A DNA stretch of 64,000 nt from Actinomycetes bacterium (GCA_037131165.1 JBAXRO010000002.1:6144-70143), one strand, 5' to 3'. Positions 51,654 to 60,702 are shown, numbered from the stretch's first letter. A program made the numbers and translations. Notes: generated by a model from the sequence alone, not told the origin.

Positions 51654-52865
51654 GTGACCAACTTCCTCCGCACAACTTCAACGAAGAGTCTGATCGCAGC
51701 CGGACTGGCCTCGGTCGGATTGTTTGCCGGAGGCGCCATGGTCGCCACCGGTGCCGGCTCGAACGACGCCACGCCCGCTCCGAAGCCGCTCGCCAAGGCA
51801 GTCGCCGACTCGCTTGGTTCGGATGTCGCATTCGAGGGAGTCTCGGCGCGGGTCAAGTTCACCAATCGCCTGCTCGACTCCTCCGGGATCACGTCCGGCA
51901 CCGACCCGGTGATGGGCGGCGGCAGCGGGCGCTTCTGGGCCGACCCGGACGGACGCTTCAGGATCGAGCTGCAGTCCGACGGCGGTGGCGGTGACGCCCA
52001 GATCGTCTCGGACGGCAAGCAGGTCTGGGTGAACTACGCGATGGCGGGAGCGTGGAAGGCCACCCTGCCCAGCGAGGAGAGCTCGAAGAAGTACAAGGAC
52101 TCGGAGTGGCCCCCTTCGGTCAAGGCCGTCGCCCGCGCCATCGAGGCCATCAGCGGTGACGCCACCGTTTCGGGAGCGACCCCGGACAACATCGGTGGCC
52201 GCCCTGCCTACACGGTCGAGATCTCACCCAAGGACACCAGCGGCCTGTTCGCCGGGGGCAAGGTCTCGTGGGATGCCGAGAACGGAGCGCCGCTCGCGGT
52301 CTCGATCCTCGCCAAGGGCGATTCGACGCCAGTGCTCGACATGCGGGCGACCGAGGTCACCTTCGGGCCGGTTGACGCGTCCGTCTTCGATGCCGCACCG
52401 CCTGCCGGAGCCAAGGTCGTCGACCTCGAGGCAGCCAAGGCCGAACTGAAGAAGGAAAAGGCCGCCTCGAAGGGCAGGTCGGACAAGCCGGTCACGGGCC
52501 GCGAGGCGGTCCAGGCGAAGCTCAGCTTCGACCTCGTCGCCCCGGCGACACTCGCCGGACGCAAGCTCGAGCGGGTCATGCTCGTCGGCGAAGGCAAGAA
52601 GGCCGGAGCCGCACTCGCTTACGGGTCAGGCATGGATGCCCTGCTCGTCGTCCAGATGCCGGATTCCGGCAAGAAGGTCGGTACCGGCGGTGACTGGAGC
52701 GAAGAGGGGATCTCGCTGCCGACCGAGAAGATCGGTTCGGTCGAGGCCCTCAAGCTCGGAACCCCCCTCGGGTCGGCAGTGTCGTTCGTCCGGGACGGGG
52801 TCAGGTTCACTGTCGCCGGCTCGGTCAAGGCCGACACGACCGCCTTGGCGGCGAGCCAGCTCTAA
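51654..52865 (+). CDS. membrane-anchored LolA-fold-like (lipoprotein-carrier/MucB-RseB-like) protein; function unknown
   Basis: N-terminal anchor LIAAGLASVGLFAGGAMVATGA. GRFWADPDGRFRIELQSDGGGGDAQIVSDGKQVWVNY resembles LolA-like half-barrels. The assignment is tentative. Confidence 0.45.
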   Translation: MTNFLRTTSTKSLIAAGLASVGLFAGGAMVATGAGSNDATPAPKPLAKAVADSLGSDVAFEGVSARVKFTNRLLDSSGITSGTDPVMGGGSGRFWADPDGRFRIELQSDGGGGDAQIVSDGKQVWVNYAMAGAWKATLPSEESSKKYKDSEWPPSVKAVARAIEAISGDATVSGATPDNIGGRPAYTVEISPKDTSGLFAGGKVSWDAENGAPLAVSILAKGDSTPVLDMRATEVTFGPVDASVFDAAPPAGAKVVDLEAAKAELKKEKAASKGRSDKPVTGREAVQAKLSFDLVAPATLAGRKLERVMLVGEGKKAGAALAYGSGMDALLVVQMPDSGKKVGTGGDWSEEGISLPTEKIGSVEALKLGTPLGSAVSFVRDGVRFTVAGSVKADTTALAASQL

Positions 52866-52871
52866 GCCGGG

Positions 52872-53846
52872 ATGGACCAGTCCATCCCGGTCTCCGTCCG
52901 GGGACTGACCAAGCAGTACGGCGAGATCCGGGCAGTTGACGACGTCGACCTGACCGTTGAGGCAGGTGACGTCTTCGGCTACCTGGGTCCGAACGGCGCC
53001 GGGAAGACGACCTCGATGCGGATGATGCTCGGGCTGATCAGGCCGACCGCCGGCTCGGTGAGGGTCTTCGGCCGCGATCCGCAACAGTCGGTCTCAGCTC
53101 TCGAGGGGGTCGCGGGCTTCGTCGAGGCGCCACGCTTCTACCCGTACCTCGACGGTCGCACCAACCTCAGGCTGTTGGCCTCCCTCGATGGGCGTGATGC
53201 CCGTTCGCTGGTCGAGGAGGTGCTCGAGGTGGTCGAGCTGCGCGACAGAGGGCGCGACAAGGTCGGCGGCTATTCGCACGGGATGAGGCAGAGGCTCGGG
53301 ATCGCCGCCGCCCTGCTCAGGCAACCGAAGCTGCTGATGCTCGACGAGCCCGCAACGGGCCTCGACCCAGCCGGGATGCGAGACATGCGCAAACTCGTTC
53401 GCAGGCTGGCCGACGACGGCATGACCGTGATCCTCTCCAGCCACCTGATGGCCGAAGTCGAGGAGCTCTGCGATCGGGTGGCGATCATCCGAACGGGGAA
53501 GATCGTCTACGAGGGAAGGCTCGACGAGCTCCGACGGGCGGCGGGGCTCTCGTACACGCTCCGCACGACCGACGACCCGAAGGCCCGCTCGGTCCTCGGG
53601 TCGGCGGCGGGGATCGAAGCCGCAGCCGACGGGCCCCAGGGCGAACTGCGCTTCCACCCCGAGGACGAATCCGCTGTGGCAGGGCTGTCATCGGCACTCG
53701 TCGAGTCCGGGATGGGGATCGTCGAACTCTCGCCTCGATCCGCAAGCCTCGAGGACCTCTTCTTCGACCTGACGGAGGGGGCCGACGCCGAGGCATCGGC
53801 AGCACGGCTCGACAAGGGGATCGAAGCAGTCGAGGGCGGCCAGTGA
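52872..53846 (+). CDS. ABC transporter ATP-binding protein (ABC-2/DrrA-type)
   Basis: Walker A GPNGAGKTT, signature YSHGMRQRLGIA, Walker B LLMLDEP, H-loop SSHLM. Confidence 0.85.
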   Translation: MDQSIPVSVRGLTKQYGEIRAVDDVDLTVEAGDVFGYLGPNGAGKTTSMRMMLGLIRPTAGSVRVFGRDPQQSVSALEGVAGFVEAPRFYPYLDGRTNLRLLASLDGRDARSLVEEVLEVVELRDRGRDKVGGYSHGMRQRLGIAAALLRQPKLLMLDEPATGLDPAGMRDMRKLVRRLADDGMTVILSSHLMAEVEELCDRVAIIRTGKIVYEGRLDELRRAAGLSYTLRTTDDPKARSVLGSAAGIEAAADGPQGELRFHPEDESAVAGLSSALVESGMGIVELSPRSASLEDLFFDLTEGADAEASAARLDKGIEAVEGGQ

Positions 53847-54664
53847 AACGCCCATCCACCCTCGCCGTCTATCGATGGGAAATCCGCAAGCTCCGCTCCC
53901 AGAAGCGCACCTACCTGGGCCTCGGCGCGGCAGTCGTCGTGCCCCTGATCTTCTCGACCGCGGTGGCCCTGCAGCCCGGCGGCCCCGAGGACGTGCCGTT
54001 CGGTCGCTACATCCAGGACACGGGCCTTGCGATCCCGCTGGTGATGCTGCTCTTCGGCTCGATCTGGCTGTTCCCTCTGATAACCGCCCTCGTCTCAGGC
54101 GACATCGTCGCCGCCGAGGATCAGAACGGGACCCTCAAGACGATCCTGACCCGCTCGGTCGAGCGCAGCCAGATCTACACGGCCAAAGCCCTCGCCGCGT
54201 TCTCCTACGCGATCCTCGCAATCGTGCTGACCGGAGCTACGGCGGTGACCTCGGGCATCATCGTCTCCGGCTTCAATCCGGTGACGAGCCTCTCGGGTCA
54301 GCTGATCCAACCCGGGGAGGCACTCGGGCTGGTGGCGGTAAGCCACGCCGTGTACCTGATGCCGATCCTCGCCGTCGCAAGCTTCGCACTCCTGCTCTCG
54401 ACCGTCACCCGCAACAGCGCAGCAGCAGTAGTCGGCACCCTGATGTTCAGCCTGCTGCTGCAGCTGATCACGATCGTCCCTGGCCTCGAGGGACTGAAGC
54501 CCTACCTGCTGAGCACACAGTTCAATGCCTGGCAGGGGCTGCTGCGGAGCCCTGCCGACTGGGATCCGATCATCAGGGCGAGCTGGGTCTGTGCTCTCTA
54601 CGCGATCCCGTCACTGCTGGTCGGATTGACCGTCTTCATCCGGCGGGATGTCACCGGAGGGTGA
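53843..54664 (+). CDS. ABC-2 family transporter permease
   Basis: GTGA overlap with the ATPase gene. Six hydrophobic segments. Typical N-terminus YRWEIRKLRSQKRTYL. Confidence 0.7.
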   Translation: MKRPSTLAVYRWEIRKLRSQKRTYLGLGAAVVVPLIFSTAVALQPGGPEDVPFGRYIQDTGLAIPLVMLLFGSIWLFPLITALVSGDIVAAEDQNGTLKTILTRSVERSQIYTAKALAAFSYAILAIVLTGATAVTSGIIVSGFNPVTSLSGQLIQPGEALGLVAVSHAVYLMPILAVASFALLLSTVTRNSAAAVVGTLMFSLLLQLITIVPGLEGLKPYLLSTQFNAWQGLLRSPADWDPIIRASWVCALYAIPSLLVGLTVFIRRDVTGG

Positions 54665-54763
54665 TTCCCGGAGGACCGCCCAAATGGCGGTCAGCACCGC
54701 CACGAAGTAGCCGACGAACGGGAGCCACATGAACGGCGAGGCCGAGCCGGCGATCGGGATCAT
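54611..54763 (-). CDS. possible 50-aa membrane mini-protein coupled to the dsbB stop
   Basis: Own translation: MIPIAGSASPFMWLPFVGYFVAVLTAIWAVLRESPSGDIPPDEDGQSDQQ. The ATG overlaps the dsbB TGA (TGATG). It is below the 60-aa track cutoff and overlaps the 3' end of the permease gene by 54 nt, which weakens the call. Confidence 0.25.
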   Translation of the reverse strand: MIPIAGSASPFMWLPFVGYFVAVLTAIWAVLRESPSGDIPPDEDGQSDQQ

Positions 54764-55338
54764 CAGCCCTCCCAGTTCCTGAGCGGACCCTCGTAGTGGG
54801 TCGGGTTGTCGGGGCAGGCACGCACGTCACACTCCGCGGCGACTGCGATCACGTTCGCGAAACAGAGCACGAGACCGGCGACTGCGGCGAACCGACCGGC
54901 GATGCGGGCAAGCGAAGGCGGATCGCCCTGCTGCTCGTCGAACTGCCTCTGGAAGCAGAGCACCGCCCCGATCGCCAAGAGCAGCACGCAGAAGACGATG
55001 AAGGCCCAAGTGTAGAGGTGGAACCCGAACACCGCCGAGCCGTAGGAACCCGTACCCGGGACGACGTGCAGGGCCACTTGCCTGAGGGAGATCGCGCCGC
55101 CGAGCACGGCTCCGAGGATCGCGATTCCGTAGTGCAGCGGCCGGGGCCGCCAGAGGGCGTTGAGAGTCAGGCCGAAGGCCGCGCCGAGCATCCCGAGGCG
55201 GATCAGCAGGCAGAGCGGGCAAGGGAGTTCGCTGTCCGCGAATTGGATGAAGAAGGCGCCGGCGACGACTCCGTAGAGGACGGTCGCCGCAACGGCGTTG
55301 AGCACCTGCATGACCGATCGGGTGGTCCACCCCGTCAC
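54763..55338 (-). CDS. dsbB: disulfide bond formation protein B (DsbB/BdbC family)
   Basis: ELPCPLCLLIRLGM (CxxC at the start of TM2), four TM segments, and a second Cys pair ECDVRAC near the C-terminus. Confidence 0.75.
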   Translation of the reverse strand: MTGWTTRSVMQVLNAVAATVLYGVVAGAFFIQFADSELPCPLCLLIRLGMLGAAFGLTLNALWRPRPLHYGIAILGAVLGGAISLRQVALHVVPGTGSYGSAVFGFHLYTWAFIVFCVLLLAIGAVLCFQRQFDEQQGDPPSLARIAGRFAAVAGLVLCFANVIAVAAECDVRACPDNPTHYEGPLRNWEG

Positions 55339-55487
55339 AGGTCGAGCTCGATCCTGTCGGTCAGGTGATAGCGGAACATCAGCGCGGTCAGCAACAGGCC
55401 GACAAGGCCGACCACGAGCGCCGGCCTGACCCGCCCGATCAGGGCAAGCAGAAAGGCGACCCCGAAGGCGAGGAAGACCAGTGACAC
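55335..55487 (-). CDS. possible 50-aa two-TM mini-protein upstream of dsbB
   Basis: Own translation from GTG 55487: VSLVFLAFGVAFLLALIGRVRPALVVGLVGLLLTALMFRYHLTDRIELDL. Its TGA overlaps the dsbB GTG start (GTGA). It is below the track cutoff. Confidence 0.3.
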   Translation of the reverse strand: MSLVFLAFGVAFLLALIGRVRPALVVGLVGLLLTALMFRYHLTDRIELDL

Positions 55488-55596
55488 TTCAGGCCCTGCT
55501 CGACGGGCGTTGGGCAGCGATGCTCATCGGGGCAAAAGCTATGCGGCGATGGGGACGGGACCGGCCCGTCGAGCGTGCGGCTGGCATATTCCGCTG

Positions 55597-56805
55597 ATGG
55601 AAGCGGGCGAGCGATCTGATCCCCACCCCGCAGTGGCCGCCTGGCTCCAAATGCTCGAGGGGAACTGGGGGCCGATCTCCAGGCGCGAGAGCGCCGGGGC
55701 GACAGCAGCGGCGATCGCCACCCGCCACGGCGATGCCGGAAAGGCATTCGCCCGGCTCGTGGAGGCTCCCGACAGCAACCGGGAGGACCTCTTCCGGGCG
55801 AAGAACGCGACCCTCGCCCTGAGCATCGACTCGTCGCTCGCCTGGTCGTCGGATCTCTACCGCCTCCAACTCGACCGGCTGGCGCGGGTGATCGAGCGCA
55901 TGCAACCGCGGTCGGTGATCGACGTCGGCTGCGAGCAGGGACTCGTGACCTGCTTCATCGCCTCGATCTCGCCGGCCTCCCGCGTGGTCGGGCTGGACAT
56001 CCGCCCAGAGGCGCTCGAACGGGCCCGGGATCTCGCCGGCGCGCTGGCGATCGGGAATGTCGAGTTCGGCCAATGCGACCTGACCACCGGCAGGACCGAC
56101 CACAGCGGAGCCGACCTCACAGTCACGTCGAGAGCCGTCCTCGGCGAGGCGATCGCCCCGGCCGACGACCGCCCGCCGGAAGTTCTGCCGGGCGAGATCC
56201 CCGCGGAGCCGCAGTGGCGGGAATCGGCCGACATCGCAGCCGGGACTCTCGCCCGGATCACCACACCGGGCGGGATGCTCATATCGATCGAGCGAAGCGG
56301 CACCTCCGGGATAGTTCGCTGGGCGTCGGCCCTGGGGGCGGCCGGGTTCTCGATCGACGGGCGAGTCGAGACTCTCGCAACGGACGAGCCGGGCAACCCG
56401 GGTGAACGGTTCCGGCTGCTTTCGGCTCGGCTCGGCGAGGGGCCGGCTACCCCGCTCTCTCCGTCACTGCTGCTTGGGGCTCCCGCAGAGGCCCCGGAGG
56501 GCGTGACGCTCCACGGCGATCAAGCCGAACGACTGGCACTCGCCGCCCGGCCGATCGGGTCGGTCGAAGCGTGGGAGTGGCCGAACAGCTCAGGTGATCG
56601 CGAACGACTCGAACTCGCGGAGCTCGCGGATGGCGGACTGCTCGAGCTGCGCTGCTCCACCAACGGAGAACGGAGCACCCAGCTTCACGGAGCGCAGGCC
56701 GCAGGCCGGGTGAGGCTTGCCCGCGAACGCGAGCTGGCGGCCCTGGCCGACGGTGAGCCACCGCCGGCCGAGCCGCTGCTCGGGAGCTTTCCCCCGGCTA
56801 GTTGA
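55597..56805 (+). CDS. class I SAM-dependent methyltransferase-like protein with an uncharacterised C-terminal half
   Basis: SVIDVGCEQGLVT (motif I), VVGLDIRPEALERAR (motif II region) and MLISIE. The start is uncertain (ATG 55597). Confidence 0.5.
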   Translation: MEAGERSDPHPAVAAWLQMLEGNWGPISRRESAGATAAAIATRHGDAGKAFARLVEAPDSNREDLFRAKNATLALSIDSSLAWSSDLYRLQLDRLARVIERMQPRSVIDVGCEQGLVTCFIASISPASRVVGLDIRPEALERARDLAGALAIGNVEFGQCDLTTGRTDHSGADLTVTSRAVLGEAIAPADDRPPEVLPGEIPAEPQWRESADIAAGTLARITTPGGMLISIERSGTSGIVRWASALGAAGFSIDGRVETLATDEPGNPGERFRLLSARLGEGPATPLSPSLLLGAPAEAPEGVTLHGDQAERLALAARPIGSVEAWEWPNSSGDRERLELAELADGGLLELRCSTNGERSTQLHGAQAAGRVRLARERELAALADGEPPPAEPLLGSFPPAS

Positions 56806-58474
56806 CGACCCTGAACGCGCCGCGCATGAACGGGTGCACGCGGCAGAAGTAGGTGTAGGTCCCCGCGTTGAGGTTCGACGGGGTCTTCCAGGTCCGCCGG
56901 TTCGCGGCAGCTGTGCCCAACAGCCCGCTCCGGGAGAGCAGTGGGGCGAAGCCGAGCTGGCCGGAATCGAAGGTCTTGGGCCCGTCGGCGAGCGGGTAGG
57001 AGAGCCCGGTGTTCTTGTTACACGGTGCCTTGCAGTCGGTGAGCGAGTGGTAGATCGACTTGTACTGCGCATTGTCGGTGGCAGTGACGTCCGGCGCGTC
57101 GAGGTTGACGAAGGTCAGCTGCCTGCCCTTCTTGACCACCGGTGGGCGCGCCTTCGTACCGGAAAGGCTCAGGTCGCCGTACTGGTAGACGAAGTCCTTG
57201 ATCTTGACCGTGCTGCCGCTCGGGGTGACTCCCTTCGGCAGCCTGGTCGGGTCATTGAGGGTCCGATAGGTGCCGCCGTAGTGCTTGTTCTCCGGGTACG
57301 AACCGTGGGTCGGAGTGCCCTTGTCCCAAGCGATCGAATCGGTGAACGGGTCTGCTCCGACGGTGCTGTCGAGGGCCGTCCAAACGACCATGATCCCCAT
57401 CGACTCGTACCAGTCGGACTTCCTTGTCTCGTAGGTCGCGCTGATCCTGAGCTTGTCGCCCGGCTTGACCTGAACGCGCCAATCCTCGGGCGTGGCCTCC
57501 ATCGCCATGTCCCATGAGATCGGGCCAGCTGGATCCCAATAGACGGCATTTGAGCGGAACGCCCTGGCGCTGTCGGTGAGAGTGCCCGGCTGCGGGCTGG
57601 CGCTCCCGTCCGCTCCGGTCCGCTGGACCTGCAGGTCGGTGTAGAGACCGCCGGGGTGAACGTGGCCGGCCGTGCCGAGCAGGGTCAGGTTGCGATCGGC
57701 GACGTAGACGTTGCGCCGTGGTCCCGACCCGTATGGGTTGGTGAACTGATCCGGGTAGGTCACGGTGCCGTTGAAGCCCATGCCACGGAAGGTGTCGAAG
57801 ACCGGGTATCCGGAGCCGCGCTGGACATCGAGCCAGAGCGGGTAGGCAGGCTTGAGCGATCGACCGAGATCGGAATCCATCGAGACCCAGTCGAGGTCGT
57901 AAACGATCTTGCCCCTGATGGTCGCCGGCGTGAGGTTGTGGATCATGTCGTTGACGTTCCAGACCTGGTCGGAGTAGACCGGGTAGCCGTAGCCGTCGGG
58001 CACCATCGAGATCGTCTTCTCCTCGCCGGCACCGAACGGCAGGTTGAACCCCTGAGGCCGGCCGCTGTTGCGTGGGTCGCTGACGAACCAGACCATGTGG
58101 TGCAGGTGGATGATGTCCGTCCTCGGAACCCGGTCGTTGGCGGGGTTGCTGTCCGAGTCGGCGAGGACGAGGTTCGGCTGCATCCGCTTGAGGTAGACGT
58201 TGCCCGGGGGCTTGGGCAGGGGGCCTGTCAGCTTGTTGATGTTCGCCCCGGGATGGATCGTGATCGGCACCTCGTAGCGAGTCCGCGTGTAGCCCGGCCG
58301 GGGAGGCTCCTGCGCGGGCATCGGGGTGGAGCTCGAAACCGCGGCGGCGGCCGCAGCCTTCTTCGCGGCTGCCGAGCCACTCGCGGCCGAAGCCGTCGAC
58401 GCCGGGCCAATGATCATCGCCACCGCCGTCACGGCGACCAGCGACCGCCCGAGTTGCGTGCTGCTCCGTCGCAT
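56798..58474 (-). CDS. secreted copper protein: PHM/DBH-like monooxygenase motif set fused to a C-terminal amicyanin-like cupredoxin domain
   Basis: ATG 58474 preceded by GGGGGAGAGA. Signal LVAVTAVAMIIGPASTASA. Motifs in order: IIHLHHMVWF, DMIHN, GHVHPGG, YESMGIMVVW. The C-terminus YHSLTDC..GTYTYFCRVHPFMRGAFRVVN has the H, C-x2-H-x2-M pattern. Confidence 0.6.
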   Translation of the reverse strand: MRRSSTQLGRSLVAVTAVAMIIGPASTASAASGSAAAKKAAAAAAVSSSTPMPAQEPPRPGYTRTRYEVPITIHPGANINKLTGPLPKPPGNVYLKRMQPNLVLADSDSNPANDRVPRTDIIHLHHMVWFVSDPRNSGRPQGFNLPFGAGEEKTISMVPDGYGYPVYSDQVWNVNDMIHNLTPATIRGKIVYDLDWVSMDSDLGRSLKPAYPLWLDVQRGSGYPVFDTFRGMGFNGTVTYPDQFTNPYGSGPRRNVYVADRNLTLLGTAGHVHPGGLYTDLQVQRTGADGSASPQPGTLTDSARAFRSNAVYWDPAGPISWDMAMEATPEDWRVQVKPGDKLRISATYETRKSDWYESMGIMVVWTALDSTVGADPFTDSIAWDKGTPTHGSYPENKHYGGTYRTLNDPTRLPKGVTPSGSTVKIKDFVYQYGDLSLSGTKARPPVVKKGRQLTFVNLDAPDVTATDNAQYKSIYHSLTDCKAPCNKNTGLSYPLADGPKTFDSGQLGFAPLLSRSGLLGTAAANRRTWKTPSNLNAGTYTYFCRVHPFMRGAFRVVN

Positions 58475-58638
58475 TCTCTCCCCCCTTCTTGGTCGCGGCA
58501 AGAACGCCACCCTCTCCTGCCCGGATCGTACCGGGAACGAGCCGGTACGCACCAGTTACGGTGCCCCCCCGGAGCGCTGACCGGCCAACTCCGCTTCCGG
58601 CGTGGAATCACCCCCGCCCGTGGCACAATCGCCACTCC

Positions 58639-59478
58639 ATGTTCGACCTGATCAAGGCCGCGATCCCCTTCTTCATTGCACTGATGATCCTCGAGGTCAT
58701 CGCCTACCGGTTCGACCACGAGGACGACAGGCCGGGCTACGACACCCGCGACACGGCGACCTCGCTGACGATGGGCTTCGGCAATGTGGTGATCAACCTG
58801 TTCTGGAAGGTCGCGCTGGTCGCGATCCTCGCAGTCGCCTACGAGGCGAGTCCGCTGAGGATCCCGATGGATCAACCGTGGGCGTGGGTACTGCTGCTGC
58901 TGGCAGACGACCTCTGCTTCTACGTATGGCACCGCTGCAGCCACCAGATCCGGGTCATGTGGGCGGCGCACGTAATCCACCATTCGAGCCAGCACTTCAA
59001 CCTCTCGACTGCTCTCCGACAGGACTGGACGCCGATGTTCAGCCTGCCTTTCTTCATCCCGCTGGCGGTCGTCGGCTTCCCGCCGTGGGCGATCATCCTG
59101 ATGCAGGCGATATCGCTCGTCTACCAGTTCGGCCTCCACACCGAGAAGATCGGGAAGCTGCCGAGGCCGATCGAGTTCGTCTTCAATACCCCATCCCACC
59201 ACCGGGTCCACCACGGTGCCAACCATGGCTACCTGGATCGCAACTACGGCGGTGTGCTGATCATCTGGGACAGGATCTTCGGGACCTTCAGGGAGGAGGA
59301 CGACAGGGTCGTCTACGGGTTGACGAAGAACGTCGACTCCTTCAACCCGTTGAGGGTCGCCACCCACGAGTGGAGCGACATGATCGCCGACGTCCGCTCC
59401 GCTCCCAACCTCAGGACCCGCCTCGGCCACGTCTTCCGCGGGCCGGGCTGGCAACCGACGGACCGCTCCCGGGACTGA
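58639..59478 (+). CDS. fatty acid hydroxylase / sterol desaturase family membrane di-iron oxygenase
   Basis: His boxes HRCSH, HVIHHSSQH and HHRVHHG. Four hydrophobic segments. Confidence 0.75.
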   Translation: MFDLIKAAIPFFIALMILEVIAYRFDHEDDRPGYDTRDTATSLTMGFGNVVINLFWKVALVAILAVAYEASPLRIPMDQPWAWVLLLLADDLCFYVWHRCSHQIRVMWAAHVIHHSSQHFNLSTALRQDWTPMFSLPFFIPLAVVGFPPWAIILMQAISLVYQFGLHTEKIGKLPRPIEFVFNTPSHHRVHHGANHGYLDRNYGGVLIIWDRIFGTFREEDDRVVYGLTKNVDSFNPLRVATHEWSDMIADVRSAPNLRTRLGHVFRGPGWQPTDRSRD

Positions 59479-59479
59479 C

Positions 59480-60619
59480 TCAGGCGGCCTTGGCAGGCCG
59501 GGTCTTGGCATTGGCCTTCGAGGCCTTGGCCGCACCCGGCTTCCTGCGCTTCGCTCTGACGGGGGGATTGTCGAGGAACAAGTCGACCTTCTCCCATGTC
59601 GTTGTCCGCGCCGAGCGCCCGGTCAGCACGCCGAGGTGCCCACCCGGAGCCTTCTCGAGCTTGACTCCGGCCGAACCCTTGAGCAAGCCGCCGACATGGT
59701 GCACCGAGGCCATCGGTGCGATCCCGTCCCCTGTCCCGGCGATTGAGAGGACCGGCTGGCGGACGTTCCCGAGGTCGATCTTCCGCCCATCCACGTCGAG
59801 GAATCCCGAGGCGAGGTCGTTGGTCCGGAAGAACCGGTGGTACAGCTGACCGAACGTCCGGCCCGGGTAGGCGAGCATCCCGTCCATGAAGCGGTCGACG
59901 GCCTCGAGCTGTGAGAGGAAATCACGGTCGTCGAGGTTCTGGAGGATCGCGAGCGGCTTCGTCAGGTACTTGTCGAAACCGGCCAACTGGTAGGCCCGCT
60001 TGACGATCGGTGCCGGCGCACCGCCGAGCGTCCTGTAGATCGCGGTCGGCGCCGCACCGCCGGCGACATTGGCGATCGGGCGCAGCGGGGCGATCAGCGG
60101 AACCTGCGTGAAGTCGAACGGACTCGCGACCGTCGCGATCGCCCTGACCGGCAGGTCCTGGCGGTCGGCGACTGCGAGCATCGCCATGATCCCGCCGAGG
60201 CACCAGCCAAGGATGTCCACGGACTCGGCACCGGAGTCGGCCGCAACCGCCTCGACAGCCTTCGGGATCACCTCTTCGAACCAATGCTCCAACCCGAGGT
60301 CCCTGTCGGCGAAGAGGATCGATCCGTAATCGACCATGTAGACGGCCCGTCCCTGAGTCAACTCATGCTCGATCAGCGAGCAGCCGCGACGCAGGTCAAA
60401 GCAGAGAGCAGGAGCAGCCAGCGGCGGCACCATCAGGAGCGGCGTTCCCTTGGGCGGGCCGGGAGTGATCGGGTGGTAACGGAAGACCGTCCGCTGCGGG
60501 CCCTCGTCGATGATCGCCCTGGGCATCTCTCTGAGGTCGGCCAAGCCACCGCGGGAGAGCCGATCGAAGACGTTGGCGGCGGCCGAGCTCGCCTCTGTCG
60601 GTGTCGGGGGAATCCTCAT
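59480..60619 (-). CDS. PHA synthase (PhaC class III/IV)-like alpha/beta hydrolase with Cys nucleophile and a basic C-terminal tail
   Basis: The nucleophile elbow ILGWCLGG is G-x-C-x-G rather than G-x-S-x-G. Candidate Asp (AGTGDGIAP) and His (PGGHLGVL). Tail RAKRRKPGAAKASKANAKTRPAKAA. Confidence 0.5.
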   Translation of the reverse strand: MRIPPTPTEASSAAANVFDRLSRGGLADLREMPRAIIDEGPQRTVFRYHPITPGPPKGTPLLMVPPLAAPALCFDLRRGCSLIEHELTQGRAVYMVDYGSILFADRDLGLEHWFEEVIPKAVEAVAADSGAESVDILGWCLGGIMAMLAVADRQDLPVRAIATVASPFDFTQVPLIAPLRPIANVAGGAAPTAIYRTLGGAPAPIVKRAYQLAGFDKYLTKPLAILQNLDDRDFLSQLEAVDRFMDGMLAYPGRTFGQLYHRFFRTNDLASGFLDVDGRKIDLGNVRQPVLSIAGTGDGIAPMASVHHVGGLLKGSAGVKLEKAPGGHLGVLTGRSARTTTWEKVDLFLDNPPVRAKRRKPGAAKASKANAKTRPAKAA

Positions 60620-60702
60620 CTCAAAGGGTTCGGTTCAGCTGCTTCCGTGGATTTTGATCCAAGCAGGTGGGTCGGGCCGGTGGCGTCGCTGAGAGCCCGG
60701 GA

